DNA of 63,871 nucleotides, filler included, from 13 parts of 13 records of this genome joined end to end with filler, not necessarily neighbours in it, one strand, 5' to 3'; positions 45,551 to 57,923 are shown, counted from the whole stretch's first letter. Notes: generated by a model from the sequence alone, not told the origin. Numbers and translations: made by a program.

Positions 45551-48500
45551 TCACCGCGCCGCAAGCAAATCTTCCATCTCGCGGTCAAGAAAGTGGCTAC
45601 GAATTCCGATCTTTTCCACACCAGTTGGCACCTGCCGAGGCACGCCCACGGGCCACAGACACGGTTAGACCTGTGCTTGGAGCTCACAGGGACGAGCAGA
45701 CACAACGACTCATGCACACATAGCGTCACGTACCGGAAGTGAATCCCACAGGTCTTTGAGCTGCAGATAGAGGTCGAGGCGCTCGGACTCTGTCCTCTTC
45801 GGAGAACGTACCTCCTCGTAAAGACGATGGGAGTCACCCATTTTCATCGCTATCCCTTCTGGTGTGTGGAACTGCAGTTCAAACGTGTAGCCTGAACATG
45901 GTTACCATGCACTGTGTGAGGAACCTGCCACATTACGAGCGCAATCCACTCGAGCGGGCCAAAACGGTGCCAAACAGTGCTAATCACAGCAGCTATTGCA
46001 GCAACCCCGTCCTGTGGGTAGACGGTGAATACCTAGTAGTCAACTCACCATCCTTCTCGCCTTCCTCATCGTCCCTGTTGACCAACGGATCATGGCTGAG
46101 AATAGTTGAATTCTACAACGCATGCGACTGCTAAATGTGGTGCCGTTGTGGTCAATTCTGGTGTAGAAAAATGGGAAGCAAAAGTTGCAGATGGATGTGA
46201 CCAACCGGTGCAGTGTGATAAAGGCGTTTATGCCCATGTATGTAGTTGCTCCCTTCTTGGTCGACCAGAAATTGTACGCGCTGACCTTTGAGGCTATCGC
46301 GCACTCGTCTGCCGGATCGTTGCTCGTCAGCCTGGACAGAATCATTGATACGCCCTCGGTGTATATGCTCATCGGTACCACAATCGTGTAGCGTAGGCAG
46401 TCGTCCACCTCGAACGTAATCAACTTCATCGAAGGCGTATCTGTCAGCGCGCACATGATTAGGTAGTGTGTCTGGCGTGAGTTTCAAATAGCCAATTCAG
46501 GAAAAGTTCTGATGGCATACTTACAGTGTGGGATGTGCTCGTTCGCCATGAGCTGCCTGTCCAGCCGTTGTGTGAGCTTTCTGAACAAGGATTCTTCTGA
46601 CTTGAAACGGAACTCTAGACCTTCCATCGTTCCTCCTGCCTCTTTCGACAGCGTCTGCAGTGCCTTGGTTGCAATCAGATCTTTGGCCTGGGCCTTCTTT
46701 CTCAGTGCTTCCACGACATCCCGCATCGACACAAGCGTCAGCGCGACTCTTTCATCCTGTGTCGCACTGATAATACTGCTAGCATGCTGCTCATCGTACA
46801 GATTCGCAAGCGAAATTGCGTTTGAGTACAGCCCGTTCAAGTGGTCAATTAATCTGTCTATACCTCTGAACTGCACGCCGAACTGCGACGAGAGGAGATG
46901 CATGTACCATCCTATCACCCAAGTGGGTCTTGATGCATCGCTTGAGTCATTTGAATCGTCAGCGCCTTCCATTTTGCGGACGACAGAGCTCCGTCCACCC
47001 GCAAGCGTAGGTGGTGTCTTCGGAGTAGTGAAAGATGCCGAGGCACGGTTGATTATCTTCCACTTTGCCTTAAAGAAGAGGGTAGTGTCTTCTCTCACCC
47101 TGCGTTTCAATAGCTCGATGTGCAAAGTGAGGTTGCACAGTTGTCTTGCAACCTGCTGGCCTTCGATGTACTCGGGACTAAGGCTGGGTGTAGTCTTGTA
47201 GCTAATCAAGTTGTCGCTCATGACTTTTCTCAAATCAGTCAGTTCAGCAGCCATCTTATCGATCGCATCTTTGGCGCAGATGGGTCTTAGCTGGTCTGCT
47301 TCTGAGTGAATTTCTGCCACCTCAGCGGCCTCGAATGCCGCTCCGCTGAGCACGATGCTGCCATTTAGAACGGGGATTGGGTCTTTGCAATGCGACTCCA
47401 TGGCATCCAACTCACTCACAACCGTGTCCTGCAGCCACGCGTCTAGTTCTGCCAGCGGATCCAAGGAGCTGTTCAGCCGTCGCACACCCTCGGACCACCC
47501 AAAAACATCGTCGTTGCGAAGAATAATTGGAGACTCCGAGGCATTCAGCGCCACACAGTGGATCCAGCTTGCCCCTGTGCCGATAAAATATTGCGGTCGG
47601 GGGCTCATTCTGTGCCGACACGCCACTTCACACACTGCAAGGCTCTCAAACAGTGCCTGCTCGGAGCCACCCACACGCTTACACAACATTCCAGACTGTG
47701 TAAGAGACGAAACCAGATCATGTGCCCTGTCAGCGTGCGCAGCACCGGCTGCGGCATGGTGAGCATCGTGGTGATGTCGATACCATGCCTCAAACTCGTC
47801 AAAGGACACATGTCCAGAATCATCTTTGTCAATTTCCAACCACATCTGTGTAAATTGATGGTCACCCATCACCTTTCCCATTTCGTCGAGTGCTCTCCTA
47901 AGTTCACTTTGGTCCAGGCCGTCACAGTGGTCTTTCTTAAATTTTGTCCATATGGTGTACAGCAACTTCTTCACCGCCTCGTCAGAATCAGCACTATACC
48001 ACACAGCTGTGCCTACCATGACCACCTCCGGCACACTTACTGCCTTCTCTTCCTCATATGTCAGCTTAGCAAATTTGAGAAACCATGAGCCAGCATGGCG
48101 GCTAATCAAGTCGCCGACTCCTGCACACTCAGCGACGATGCTCGCACGCACTGAGCCCGATGTAGACTCATATTGCAGACGGTAAACCGTTGTGGAATCT
48201 TCACCACAGTCAAAGACAAGCGCCGAGTGATTCCGAAGCTCGGCCACAGTCGACGCGACCTCACTCATGCTCATCGCACGGGGCCGTCTTGGTGCCTTGA
48301 CCAGCGGCGATTGTCCTTGTCGCAGCCTCTCAACCGCCAAGCGTCTGTTTTCTCTGATTGCTGTCCAGTATTTTGACGAGTTAGTCACGTTTTCTGGCAC
48401 AGTGATGAGCCTGGAGTTCAGCATGCCTTCGCACTGCGCTAAATCCAAGTGATCTGGGGAAGAGAACAAGCCAGGAACATCATCATAAAACACTGTGCGC

Positions 48501-49317
48501 TCCCGCGACGAGTATGCCGCCACTGCTGCTGCCAATTCAGCCAATGCATCTACGCACTCCGAAATTGGTGCCCATCCTGTCATCCCTTCTTGCCAAAGAC
48601 ACGATCTAGCCACAGGCACTGTGCCGTCTGCAATGAGACTGCACAGCTGAGACAGTGGCACTTCGTCGCTTGGCTCCGCAATCCCAGGCGTGTGGTAGTA
48701 CACCATTTCTTCCGAATCCCACCATTCGCTGAGCGGTCCTGGCTCCAGCTCCAGCTCTGGTTCTGGCCCTGGCTCCGGCTCCGGCTCCGCAACCAGTACA
48801 GCAGTTGAGCGCTTCACCCGGAGTTGCATTTCACTAACTTGTTCCTGCGCCTGCTGCAGTAGTTCCACAGTAGCATGATGCGAAGGCTGCAGATCCCTGG
48901 CGGAAGACAAGTCGCCGTTCGCCTCAGACCAGCGGCCGAGCTGGGCAAGCAGACGCCCACGGTGGAACAACAATGAGTGTCGTGTGCTCCCAAGTTGAAT
49001 ACCTTCTGAAAAGTTACCAAGTGCCTGTTCAGCATCTCCAACTTTTTCGCAGCACAGTCCACGACGATTGTAAAGCTCTGCGAGGTCTCCAGGAGCCAGG
49101 AGATGTGAGCTATTCTCTAGGATTTTTGTGTACACTTCATGCGCGTCGTTCCACTTGCCAGCAGACTGGAACTCCCCTGCGTGCAGCAGTGCTGACCCGA
49201 CGTCAAACGGTGGGACAGTGTGCTCATACTCCACGGGTGAGGTACTGCCGCCGCCTGAAATACCAACGGTGAATGATAATCCCGGGGAAATGCCCTCTGG
49301 GATCACAACCTCAACCT
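45551..49317 (-). CDS. TPR-GYF-Ppx/GppA-like(EF-hand insert)-RelA/SpoT-like synthetase fusion; 5'-partial; exons >49317-46525, 46440-~46206, ~46094-46049, 45891-45734, 45631-45551
   Basis: TPR LYNRRGLC..ALGNFSEGI. GYF-like LWQEGMTGWAPI. ASKHA-like LVFDCGEDSTT, MVGTA, IGTGAS. EF-hands DHCDGLDQSE and DKDDSGHVSFDEF. Synthetase-like GLEFRFKSEESLFRK, DDCLRYT, NFW..YMGIN, FELQFHT, HRLYEE and PVPTG, assembled across GT-AG introns. Confidence 0.82.
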
Positions 49318-49725
49318 NNNNNNNNNNNNNNNNNNNNNNNNNNNNNNNNNNNNNNNNNNNNTTAATTAATTAANNNNNNNNNNNNNNNNNNNNNNNNNNN
49401 NNNNNNNNNNNNNNNNNATTTCACCGGGAAATCATTTGCAAGCGCCAGAACACAATAATTTAGTTCTTTTCGGGAATCCTTTTGAAATTGCTATAATTTT
49501 GATCTCAGAAAATTCGGGGGCACCCGGATCGAGCGGCTCTAGTGGTACACTACCGTACCCGTACTAGCCGATACATGTACTAGATCTAGCTAGTATAGTA
49601 CACACACTGTTCACTGTAGAATAGCAGCGCGCGAGACACCGGCTGGGCTGCGGGGCGGACGGCGTGCTTTTGGGAGCTTGGGCGCGCGGTGGCGAAGGGG
49701 CCCCGTTGGTGGCGAGACAGCTGGG

Positions 49726-50848
49726 ATGGCGGCCGCACCGAAGGTCTTCCAGTTTAAGCTTGTGCTGCTCGGCGATTCGGCGGTGGGGAAGAGTTCGTTG
49801 GTGCTCCGCTTTGTGAGAGGGCAGTTCTTCGAGTATCAGGAGTCCACGATTGGCGGTAAGGAGCGACCGATAGATCTACCGCGGTCGAGCGCTGGACCGG
49901 CTACGCTAGCGAGGCTGTGGTTTCGGGTGGGGCGGGGGCGGGCATCCGGGCGAGCATCCTGGGGGGAACAGTGCTGGGTCTATGCCGCGGTACTATTGAG
50001 ACGCCGTTGACCTTGCAGCGGCGCGAGGGGCCTGGGCCTCGAGGCTTGCCCGCCCCCTTCCCCCGTCCCTCCCCCTTCCCCCCTCCCCCCCGCGCGCCGC
50101 GGTTGCGCGACCCGCACAGCCTATACGATGGACCACACGCGCGCTGCTGGGGTTGTGCAAATAGCCGCCTCTTCCACTTTACTGACTGGCCCACGTGTGT
50201 GCGCAGCTGCATTCTTGACTCAGACAGTTGCATTGAATGACACCACGGTGAAGTTCGAGATCTGGGACACCGCGGGCCAGGAGCGGTACCACAGTCTTGC
50301 TCCGATGTACTACCGGGGTGCTGCTGCGGCGATCGTGGTGTATGATATCACGTCAGAGGTGAGCCAACCCTTGCAGTTGTGGCCACCCGAAGGCAGGACG
50401 AGCTTGACCGACGCCCTCGTGTGCCCGGTCGCAGGAGTCGTTCGAGCGGGCGAAGTCGTGGGTCAAGGAGTTGCAACGGCAAGGCAACCCGAACATCGTA
50501 ATAGCCCTGGCCGGCAATAAGACAGATTTGAGCATCAAGCGGAAGGTGCAGAGCGAGGATGCGCAGGCGTACGTGGATGAGGCGGGCATCATGTTTATGG
50601 AGACATCTGCCAAGACGGCCTCAAATGTAAACGAGCTCTTTGTGGCAATAGGTGCGCGTTGTGGCCGTCATATCCACGAGTCCCTGCTTTGTCATGAGAC
50701 ACGTCTGCCGTGGCTGTGCTTGACGCCGCTGTCTTGCGTGTTGCCAGCGCGTGCGTTGCCCAAAGACACGGCGCCAGCAGGTGGCGCGGGCCTCAGCTTG
50801 ACCGACGATGCGGCAGTGGCAGCCGACGCGAAGGGCTGCCCCTGCTGA
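49726..50848 (+). CDS. RAB5: Rab5 small GTPase; exons 49726-49855, 50207-50358, 50435-50651, 50748-50848
   Basis: [49 protein letters not shown] and a C-terminal CPC prenylation motif. Three GT-AG introns. Confidence 0.97.
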
Positions 50849-51744
50849 GGCGTTGGGAATGTGGGCGGTTGTGATGGCGATTACACCGTGAGAATCTGAA
50901 GGCATAGATGCGAGTTTTGGGGGTGCGCCTCTCTCGACGCTCGAGTGGAGGTTTGTGTGTATCCTTGCTTTGTCCAGTTGACGTACAGAAGGGCAGTGGG
51001 ACCAATATACAGACATATATGAGGACAAAATGCCATGTAGGGAGATTCATCAGGGGAACTGTTGGGAGCGGGGGGCGGGGCGGAGAGCGCTATCAGCTGG
51101 CGCCCGGCGGGCGCGCTTGTCGGAGGAGGTTCGCCACGCATAGTTGTCTTCAGAGTCGGTTCTCACTACTAGTACCAATCGATTCACCGTTCACTCCGTG
51201 TTCGGCAGTTCACAGCGACACATTGCTAGCCAGGTAAGTTGCGGAAAAGGCGCCGCACATGAGCCCTGCGCAGGCACGACGGGCGACTCGCTACACTCGT
51301 TCTGAGGCGGCAAGCCAAGATGGAGTTGCGTCTATGGCGTGGCAATGATCGCTTCCTCTCAGGCGTGCAATGTGTGTGCGGCTTAGAGCGCCTGCCTGCC
51401 CGGTCCGACACGCCCAGTGCCAGATCCTGGAGCAGCGAGCTGCGCTCTGCTAGCGGTGACGTGGCCTCCACCGCTGACCGGTCCCCACCACCACTGAAAA
51501 CCGACCAGCGATACAGTACACTGTCGACGTACGCTCTGCTGGCTACGGCGACGACACCAGCGATACAAACAGTCACGTCAAATTGCTGCTACACACGCGC
51601 GTGCGGGCCAACCGGCGCGGACAGCCTTCGCCTCCGTCGCCCGTACTAGCACTGTGCTCTCGACACAACCGCCCCTGTCAAACCTCACCGAAGCATCCCG
51701 CGAGCTAACCGCCACGATGCCTCCGCGAGCCGGCCCTTTCGCGT

Positions 51745-51954
51745 TTACTTCACGATCGGGGTCATGCCACTTGGCGTGACCTCCATCTCGGACAGAATCT
51801 TGTCGCCCTCCCATTCGCGCCGAATGATCGCGTAGCCGCCACCCTTCAGAGCCTTTGACCGAGCCGGCTCCTTCAGGCCCTGGCGGAGGGCGTTGGAGCC
51901 GACCTGGCAGAACTTGAGGTACGTGAGGCCAGCGGCGCGCCAGTACTGAACCAT
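51745..51954 (-). CDS. ATP5F1E: Mitochondrial F1 ATP synthase epsilon subunit
   Basis: MVQYWRAAGLTYLKFCQVGSNALRQGLKEP matches the epsilon (ATP15) signature; 69 aa. Confidence 0.9.
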   Translation of the reverse strand: MVQYWRAAGLTYLKFCQVGSNALRQGLKEPARSKALKGGGYAIIRREWEGDKILSEMEVTPSGMTPIVK

Positions 51955-53239
51955 CTTGACACTTCTTGTCTGCGCAGGACAGGGCAAGCGCTCTATTGAG
52001 CCTCGACACTACACGGGAGAACTCAAACCAAAGGGAAGGAGCAAGCGGGGAAGAAGAAAACGAAAGGGGGGGAGGGGGCCTTCGGCGCCGGACGGTTGCC
52101 GCCCACACGCCGCTCCTCCTCCTCCTTCTCCCCTTTCCCACTTCCAACCCCCCAAGCCCACCCTCCCCGCACGCCCCTAAACAGCGCAAGCAAGCACGGC
52201 GCACCCCAGCAAGGCAGCACAGCAACCAACAATGGGGGTGGGCGGGGGCGGGGAATGGCAACGCGCCCACCTCTGCCGTCAGCCTGCTGCTAGCCGGTGC
52301 GCGCTGCCGTCAGACAGACGGTACCCCTCCCTCCCTGGACTCTCTGCATTTTGCAACAAATACACGCCATATCGTCCAAGAAAATCCCCCTCAGTCAAAA
52401 TACCACTAATTCAAATAGTAATGTCCAAAAAACACATCCGCGGCTTGAGGCGATCCGAGAATTACTCGATTCATGACAGGTTTTACAGGGATGTACCACG
52501 GGCTGATGGATCGTAGTCTTGACGAAAAGCGCATTGTCTGACAATTCGGCGCGCGTCTGTACGGAAGTCTCTGTGCCCATTCAGCCGGTTCTGAGATTTG
52601 TATGGGAATTTATATGTGAATTTGAAAGTCCTTGTTGCGATTCCAGAGAAAATCGTCGGCGTGTGATCGAGAGTCATATTTGCCCCTGTCCCGACATGTC
52701 GCACGGGCTGGGTCAGAATTCAACACTCCGCGGAGNNNNNNNNNNNNNNNNNNNNNNNNNNNNNNNNNNNNNNNNNNNNTTAATTAATTAANNNNNNNNN
52801 NNNNNNNNNNNNNNNNNNNNNNNNNNNNNNNNNNNCTAAGACCGGACCAGAATTCTGATTTTCAGGAAGTCGTCTTGTCATCAGGGGTGTCATCGAACTC
52901 GGTCTCAGTCTACTAGTACTACACGTATACATGTACATGTATGTCCTCAATGATAAAGGAAGCAGACTCTGCGCCGGACCGCCCCGAGCCGCTAGTTTTT
53001 CGAGTTATGTTCGCATACCCCTCCCGGAGAGGAACTCTTTGAGGTTGATTCTGACCTGGAAAAAATCGATCCTACCGCCATTACTTTTACTATTCATATT
53101 AGCATGCATACCAGCATTGAATTAGGGTGGTTCTGGGGGGCCCCGCCTGCGGATTGAATCCTGAGCCAGCCTGTGAGATTGAATTACAAGGCGGTGCGAT
53201 GGAGCTGCAGGTGTGAGGCGGTGGCGGCGGCGGCGGCGG

Positions 53240-56118
53240 ATGGCTTCTCACCTGCATAATGTCATCCACTCCACGCACCCGGAGGCGGAGGAGGACGAGC
53301 TCTCCGAGCTGGCGATGGCGGTGGGGGAGAGTGCGCAGGCGCGGGCAGAGCTGGCGCGGCACTTCGACAGCACGCCGCACGAGGAGTGCATCATGATGTC
53401 GATTCTGCACAACGGGTCGGACGATGCCTGTGGCTTCGTGTGCTGGGCGCTGCACGCGCTGGCGGCTGACCCGGAGCTTCGGGGGTCGCTTGTGCACGCG
53501 GCAGTCGCGACGGGGTTGAGAGAAGCCCTGGTCAGTGCGAATTGATTCGCCGCAGTCTGTGCCGCCGCCGTCGCCGCCGCCGCCGCTGCTGCTGCTGCTT
53601 TGCCTCACCGCACGTTGTGTTGCAGGCGGCGGGTCACGAGGAGGTTCAGTGGGCCGTGCTGCGCGTACTAGAGCAGATCTCTGGTTTTGAGGACGGCGCG
53701 CGTTTGTTGGCTCGCTGTGACGGGCTGCGCGAGGCGCTGACCGGCAGCACGGCCAGCCACCCGGCCATGGGCGAGCTTGCGCGCCACATCAGTTCAAACC
53801 TGCCGGCAGGCGAGGAACCGGTGGCGGACGTCAAGGCTCCGGCCCGGGTCGCCGCCAGAGTCAAGGCAGAGGAACTCGGTGAGATTGTCACTCAACATCA
53901 TTGCTGGTGCCTGTTTGCGCCTTGGTTGCACGCGTTGACTCGTTTGGGCGGTCTCAGCTTCGAAGAAGGCGGAGGAGCAGGCCGAAGAAACACGTAGAGT
54001 AGAAGATGCCGCGCGAGACAAGCTCTTTGCGGAGGCGGACGCCGAAGTTGCTAGGCTGGGTGCCATCGAAGCCGAGGCTGAGGAGAAGGTGAAAGCGGCA
54101 GCCAAAGCGGCCGCCGACGCGAAGGCGAGAGCTGAGGCTAAGGCGGTAGCTGAAGCGAAAGCTGCGGCAGCGAAAGCTGAGGCCGACGCCAAAGCAGCAG
54201 CCAAGGCGAAGGCCGAGGCCGAGGCCAAGGCCGAGGCCGAGGCAAAAGCTGCTGCCGAAGCCAAGGCGGCCGCAGCTAAGGCTGAAGCTGACGCAAAAGC
54301 TGCAGCCGAGGCAACAGCGGCGGCCGAGGCAAAAGCTGCGGCCGAGGTTAAAGCTGCAAAAGAAGCGAAAGCTGCTAGAGAAGCGGCTGAAGCAGAAGCT
54401 GCCGCCCGCAAGGTGGAACTAGAAGCTGCTGCGGCGGCTGCTGTTGCTGCCGCAAAGCAAGCTGCCGAAGATAAGGCTGCGGCTGATGCTGCCAAGGCGG
54501 CGGCTGAACGGACGGAGCTTGAGATCAAAGAGGCGCAGGCTAGAGATGTTGCTGCTGCGACGCAGGCTGTCGAAGAGAAGGCTGCGGCTGATGCTGATGC
54601 GGCTATTGCTGCCGCGAAGCAAGCTTCCGAAAAAAGGGCTGCGGCTGATGCTGCCACGGCGGCTGCCGAGCGGGCAGAGCGGGAGGCTAGAGTGGCTCAG
54701 GAAGCTGAGGCTGCGAACGCTCTCAGAGTGGCAGCGGCTGATGAAGAATCGGCTCGTCAGCTCGCGGCTGCCGCACAAGGAGATGCACAGGAAGATCTGG
54801 GCGACGATGCTGAGCAACTTGCGGACCAGATCGAAGACGCTGAACAATCAGGCAGGTATGAGCTGCTATTGCGAATCATGCGACTGATGTGCAGTGAGGA
54901 GGGGGGCAGCATGGAGGATGGTGAGGAGGTGATCGAGGCGGCGACGGATGCGCTGTTGCGTCTACTTTCTGCTTCGACAAAAGAGGAAATCGGGCGGGCG
55001 GGCGCGTGCCAGACTATTTGCACAGTGATGCATAGCTGGATGGACGAACCGGTGAGCAATGCCTAGCTGATAGATGCTGCCTCGAGTGGCGAAAACTATT
55101 TCTTGCCTGGCGCTCGCGCACTTGTCGTGCGGTTATGGAATCAACCCGTTGAGCTCAGGCGCCGTGTGTGTCGCGCAGGCTATAGTTGAGGCCGCGTTAA
55201 GCATCGTGTGGAAGCTTGCGTCCTGCTGTCCTGCGAACTGCCAAAAATTTGAAGCTCTGGATGCGGTGGGGCAGGCGGCGGGGGAAGACAAAACAGATCA
55301 GTGCATATCTGAGCTCATCCTGACGGCGATGGGCGTGCACAGCGAGGGCGAGCCAACGCTGCAAGAACAAGCTTGTCTAGCAGTGACAGCGCTGGCAGAA
55401 GGCTCGGTGCGGCGCAAGCCCTCTGTCGCTCCTTCGTACGTCCGTTGTTGCAGATCATGTCAGTTTGAGACCCGTATCCTGTTTTCGTTGCTCCGTGGTG
55501 TCTTGGGCTCGGTTCGCTACAGGCGTCGCTCGCAGCAGCGCTGCGCGACGGCGGAATCATTTTAGAGCTCGGCTACGCTAAACAAGAACGAATTACTAAC
55601 GAGCGCAACAAGTCCTACCCCGACAAAGCTGTCGCGGCTGTACTCGCGGGAGTGAGTGGCCCGGCAGCGTCATCAGAGGGTGCAGGGCAAGTGGGAACAC
55701 AGAAGGACAGCGAGCACGTGGCCGAATCTGCCACAGCAGCGAACTCTGGGGGCAAGCCGGCGATTGGTGCAGAGCAAGATCAATTTCGGGTTGGCTGCAT
55801 CGTCGACATTCCGACCTCGCCCCACATCCCTCCAATGCGCATTGGTAAGCACTCGCTTGTTTCGACCATCTTGCCTTGCTCGGTGTGGGTACATGCAGTG
55901 TCCTGGGCAAAGCTGAGCTGTCCTGTGGTGCGCTTTGGCGCTTTTTGTTGTTTCGATCAGCGCACATTGACCGCAAGTCAGCGGCGGCTGTGCTGCTTGG
56001 TCTTGAGGAGTCGCAGCCCAAGGACCCGTATGCTTTTCTCGCACGGCATTCACGGCTGCGCCCGTTAAGTGTACTAAGGTACAGGCCAGATCGACCGGTT
56101 GCGTCCGCACATGGATGA
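53240..56118 (+). CDS. ARM-repeat protein with long Ala/Glu/Lys-rich helical insert and C-terminal Dpy-30/RIIa-like motif; exons 53240-53530, 53626-53878, 53958-55051, 55179-55406, 55523-55844, 55961-56118
   Basis: Five GT-AG introns join the ORF fragments in phase. ARM-like AMGVHSEGEPTLQEQACLAVTALA; (AEAKAAA)n low complexity; LLGLEESQPKDPYAFLARH. Confidence 0.7.
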
Positions 56119-56227
56119 GCAGAGCGGCGTGGGTGTGCTGCGCTGACAGTAGCAAAAGCGTAGTTGCAAGTTGTCAACAGATGTTACAAATTGAATACAA
56201 AGCAAGCAGATGCTGGCAAGTCCCACA

Positions 56228-57653
56228 TCACGCCCGCAGCGCATCAATTATCTTCTCTGCGCTATCAGCCAGTCGCTCGTGCGAACATGCCAACGCCAAC
56301 ATCCGATCTTCGAACCGCTTCAAGCTTGGCAAGCAGTCCGAAACGTCAGCTAAGTTGCCCAGCAGCTCCATCCCAGCGTCGGCTAGCTCTCGCGCCCAGT
56401 GGAACCCTCTTGGGGCCGGCTGCGGTGCTGCGTGCTCGATGGCTCCAACTACGTGCGCCAGTAGGTGCGGCTCGCGCGTGATGCGAGTGCGCATATCAAG
56501 TGTACCAAAAGACAGATTTCTCAGCGCCTGAATCACAGTGCAGCGAATGTCGATATGTTTCATGCTAGCCTCATCCAGCAGCTGTGCATATCGATCGAGG
56601 ATGTCCGGGAGCGCGGTTTCCAGCAGCGGGAAGTTGGCAGGTGGCATCGAGAGATAGACAAGTGCAGCGCTGCTGTGCCACGTGATGATCTTGTGGTCTG
56701 AGCGGAGCCCTTGTACGATGGCTGGCAGACATGTGTGTACGCTGCCCTCTTCGTCTAGTGCAAGCGCAGGAGCCAAATTTTCGAACGTCGCCAAGATATT
56801 TTCAAGGACTGGGTGAGCTGTGCTGCGTTGCCCTCTTTGTCTTGGTTCCCTTAGATAGTGGGACGGCGATCCGACAAATGTGAGCGGTGTGTCATCGCGT
56901 GTAGGTTTTGTTTGCAGATACAGGTCGTGCCCACCGTCTGGCTTCGGCAGGTCGTTGGCCAGAGCAGCGAGCGTCGGAATAAGATAGTCGTAGTTTGCGA
57001 GGAGTTCAGTGTTCTGCTGTTTGATCGACAAGTTGCGCACGATCTGGGTAGCAGCGACTGTCCTTCGAGCCATTTCACTATGCTGTGCATCGTCTATGTA
57101 AGTCAGCGGGACCCGTGCCCGCTGCAGCCATTCCGCCATCAGCTCTATAAGAGGTCGCAGCAGATCGGGGCACGCGTGTAGCTTGAAGTCATGCTTTGCC
57201 GACCCAGTCACAGAAGTCTGCTGCGATAGACTCAGAAGTGCCGAGCGCACGCCTACAAAATTGCTGGCTCGTTCCTCCAACTGGTCTAGCAGTTGCTGCA
57301 GCGTCTGCGCCCATACAAACCACTGCGCGTGACAACCAACATGCCTACGGCTGGCTGAGGCGTACTGGAAGGATAGGACGCACGAGAAGGTCGTGTGGTG
57401 GGTTCTCCATGCGGATCACTCTCGGCAGCTCGTCCAAACGCTTCTTGACCTTCGGCACGTCGGCCTCAGTGAACGTCGACTGGCGCAACTGGAGCCCGCC
57501 ATCGTCGTCCTCATCCGAGCCGATATCCGCCTCTCTTCGCGCCGTCTCGGCGATCTTGGCAGCGCTCTCCGCCGCCTTTCGTCTTGAAGAGCGCCGGCGC
57601 TTGGGCTGCCGCCCGTCATCAGCGTGCGGTTCCTCCTCCTCCACTGCAGCCAT
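56228..57653 (-). CDS. LFR-like / BAF250_C (SWI/SNF ARID1 C-terminal ARM domain) protein; exons 57653-57384, 57304-56228
   Basis: N-terminal NLS (PKRRRSSRRK). AATQIVRNLSIKQQNTELLA resembles the BAF250_C/LFR core. A 79-nt GTGCGT...AG intron is in phase 0. Confidence 0.6.
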
Positions 57654-57748
57654 CCCGTCGTAGGCAGCCCAGGCAGCCACCCCAGCGGGTGGGCGACGCG
57701 GCGGGAGCGTTTGATTCGATGGATTCTCTTCCCCCCCCCCCTGTATAA

Positions 57749-57775
57749 GGTGTATTGATACAGGATTTCAATACA
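57749..57775 (-). repeat. Second copy of the 27-bp palindromic site (see 15661-15687)
   Basis: GGTGTATTGATACAGGATTTCAATACA, about 100 bp upstream of the LFR-like start codon and next to a C12 run. Confidence 0.8.
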
Positions 57776-57864
57776 GACACCCTGCGTAGTTCGAATTCTT
57801 GAATAGCCGAATCAGAACTCGTCAGCGCCAGTCAGGATCGAGACGGTCCGGACGCGAAGGATCT

Positions 57865-57923
57865 GCACGAAAATAGGAAACGATTTACATAAACATTATG
57901 TAAATCGATTCCTATTTTCGTGC
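57865..57923. repeat. 59-bp AT-rich hairpin (28-bp arms, 1 mismatch, 3-nt loop) at contig end
   Basis: GCACGAAAATAGGAAACGATTTACATAA-ACA-TTATGTAAATCGATTCCTATTTTCGTGC. Confidence 0.92.

Noticed and set aside
54089-54700. TolA-like bacterial protein or contamination
   Set aside because: The similarity is compositional only, and the region is one exon of a spliced eukaryotic gene.
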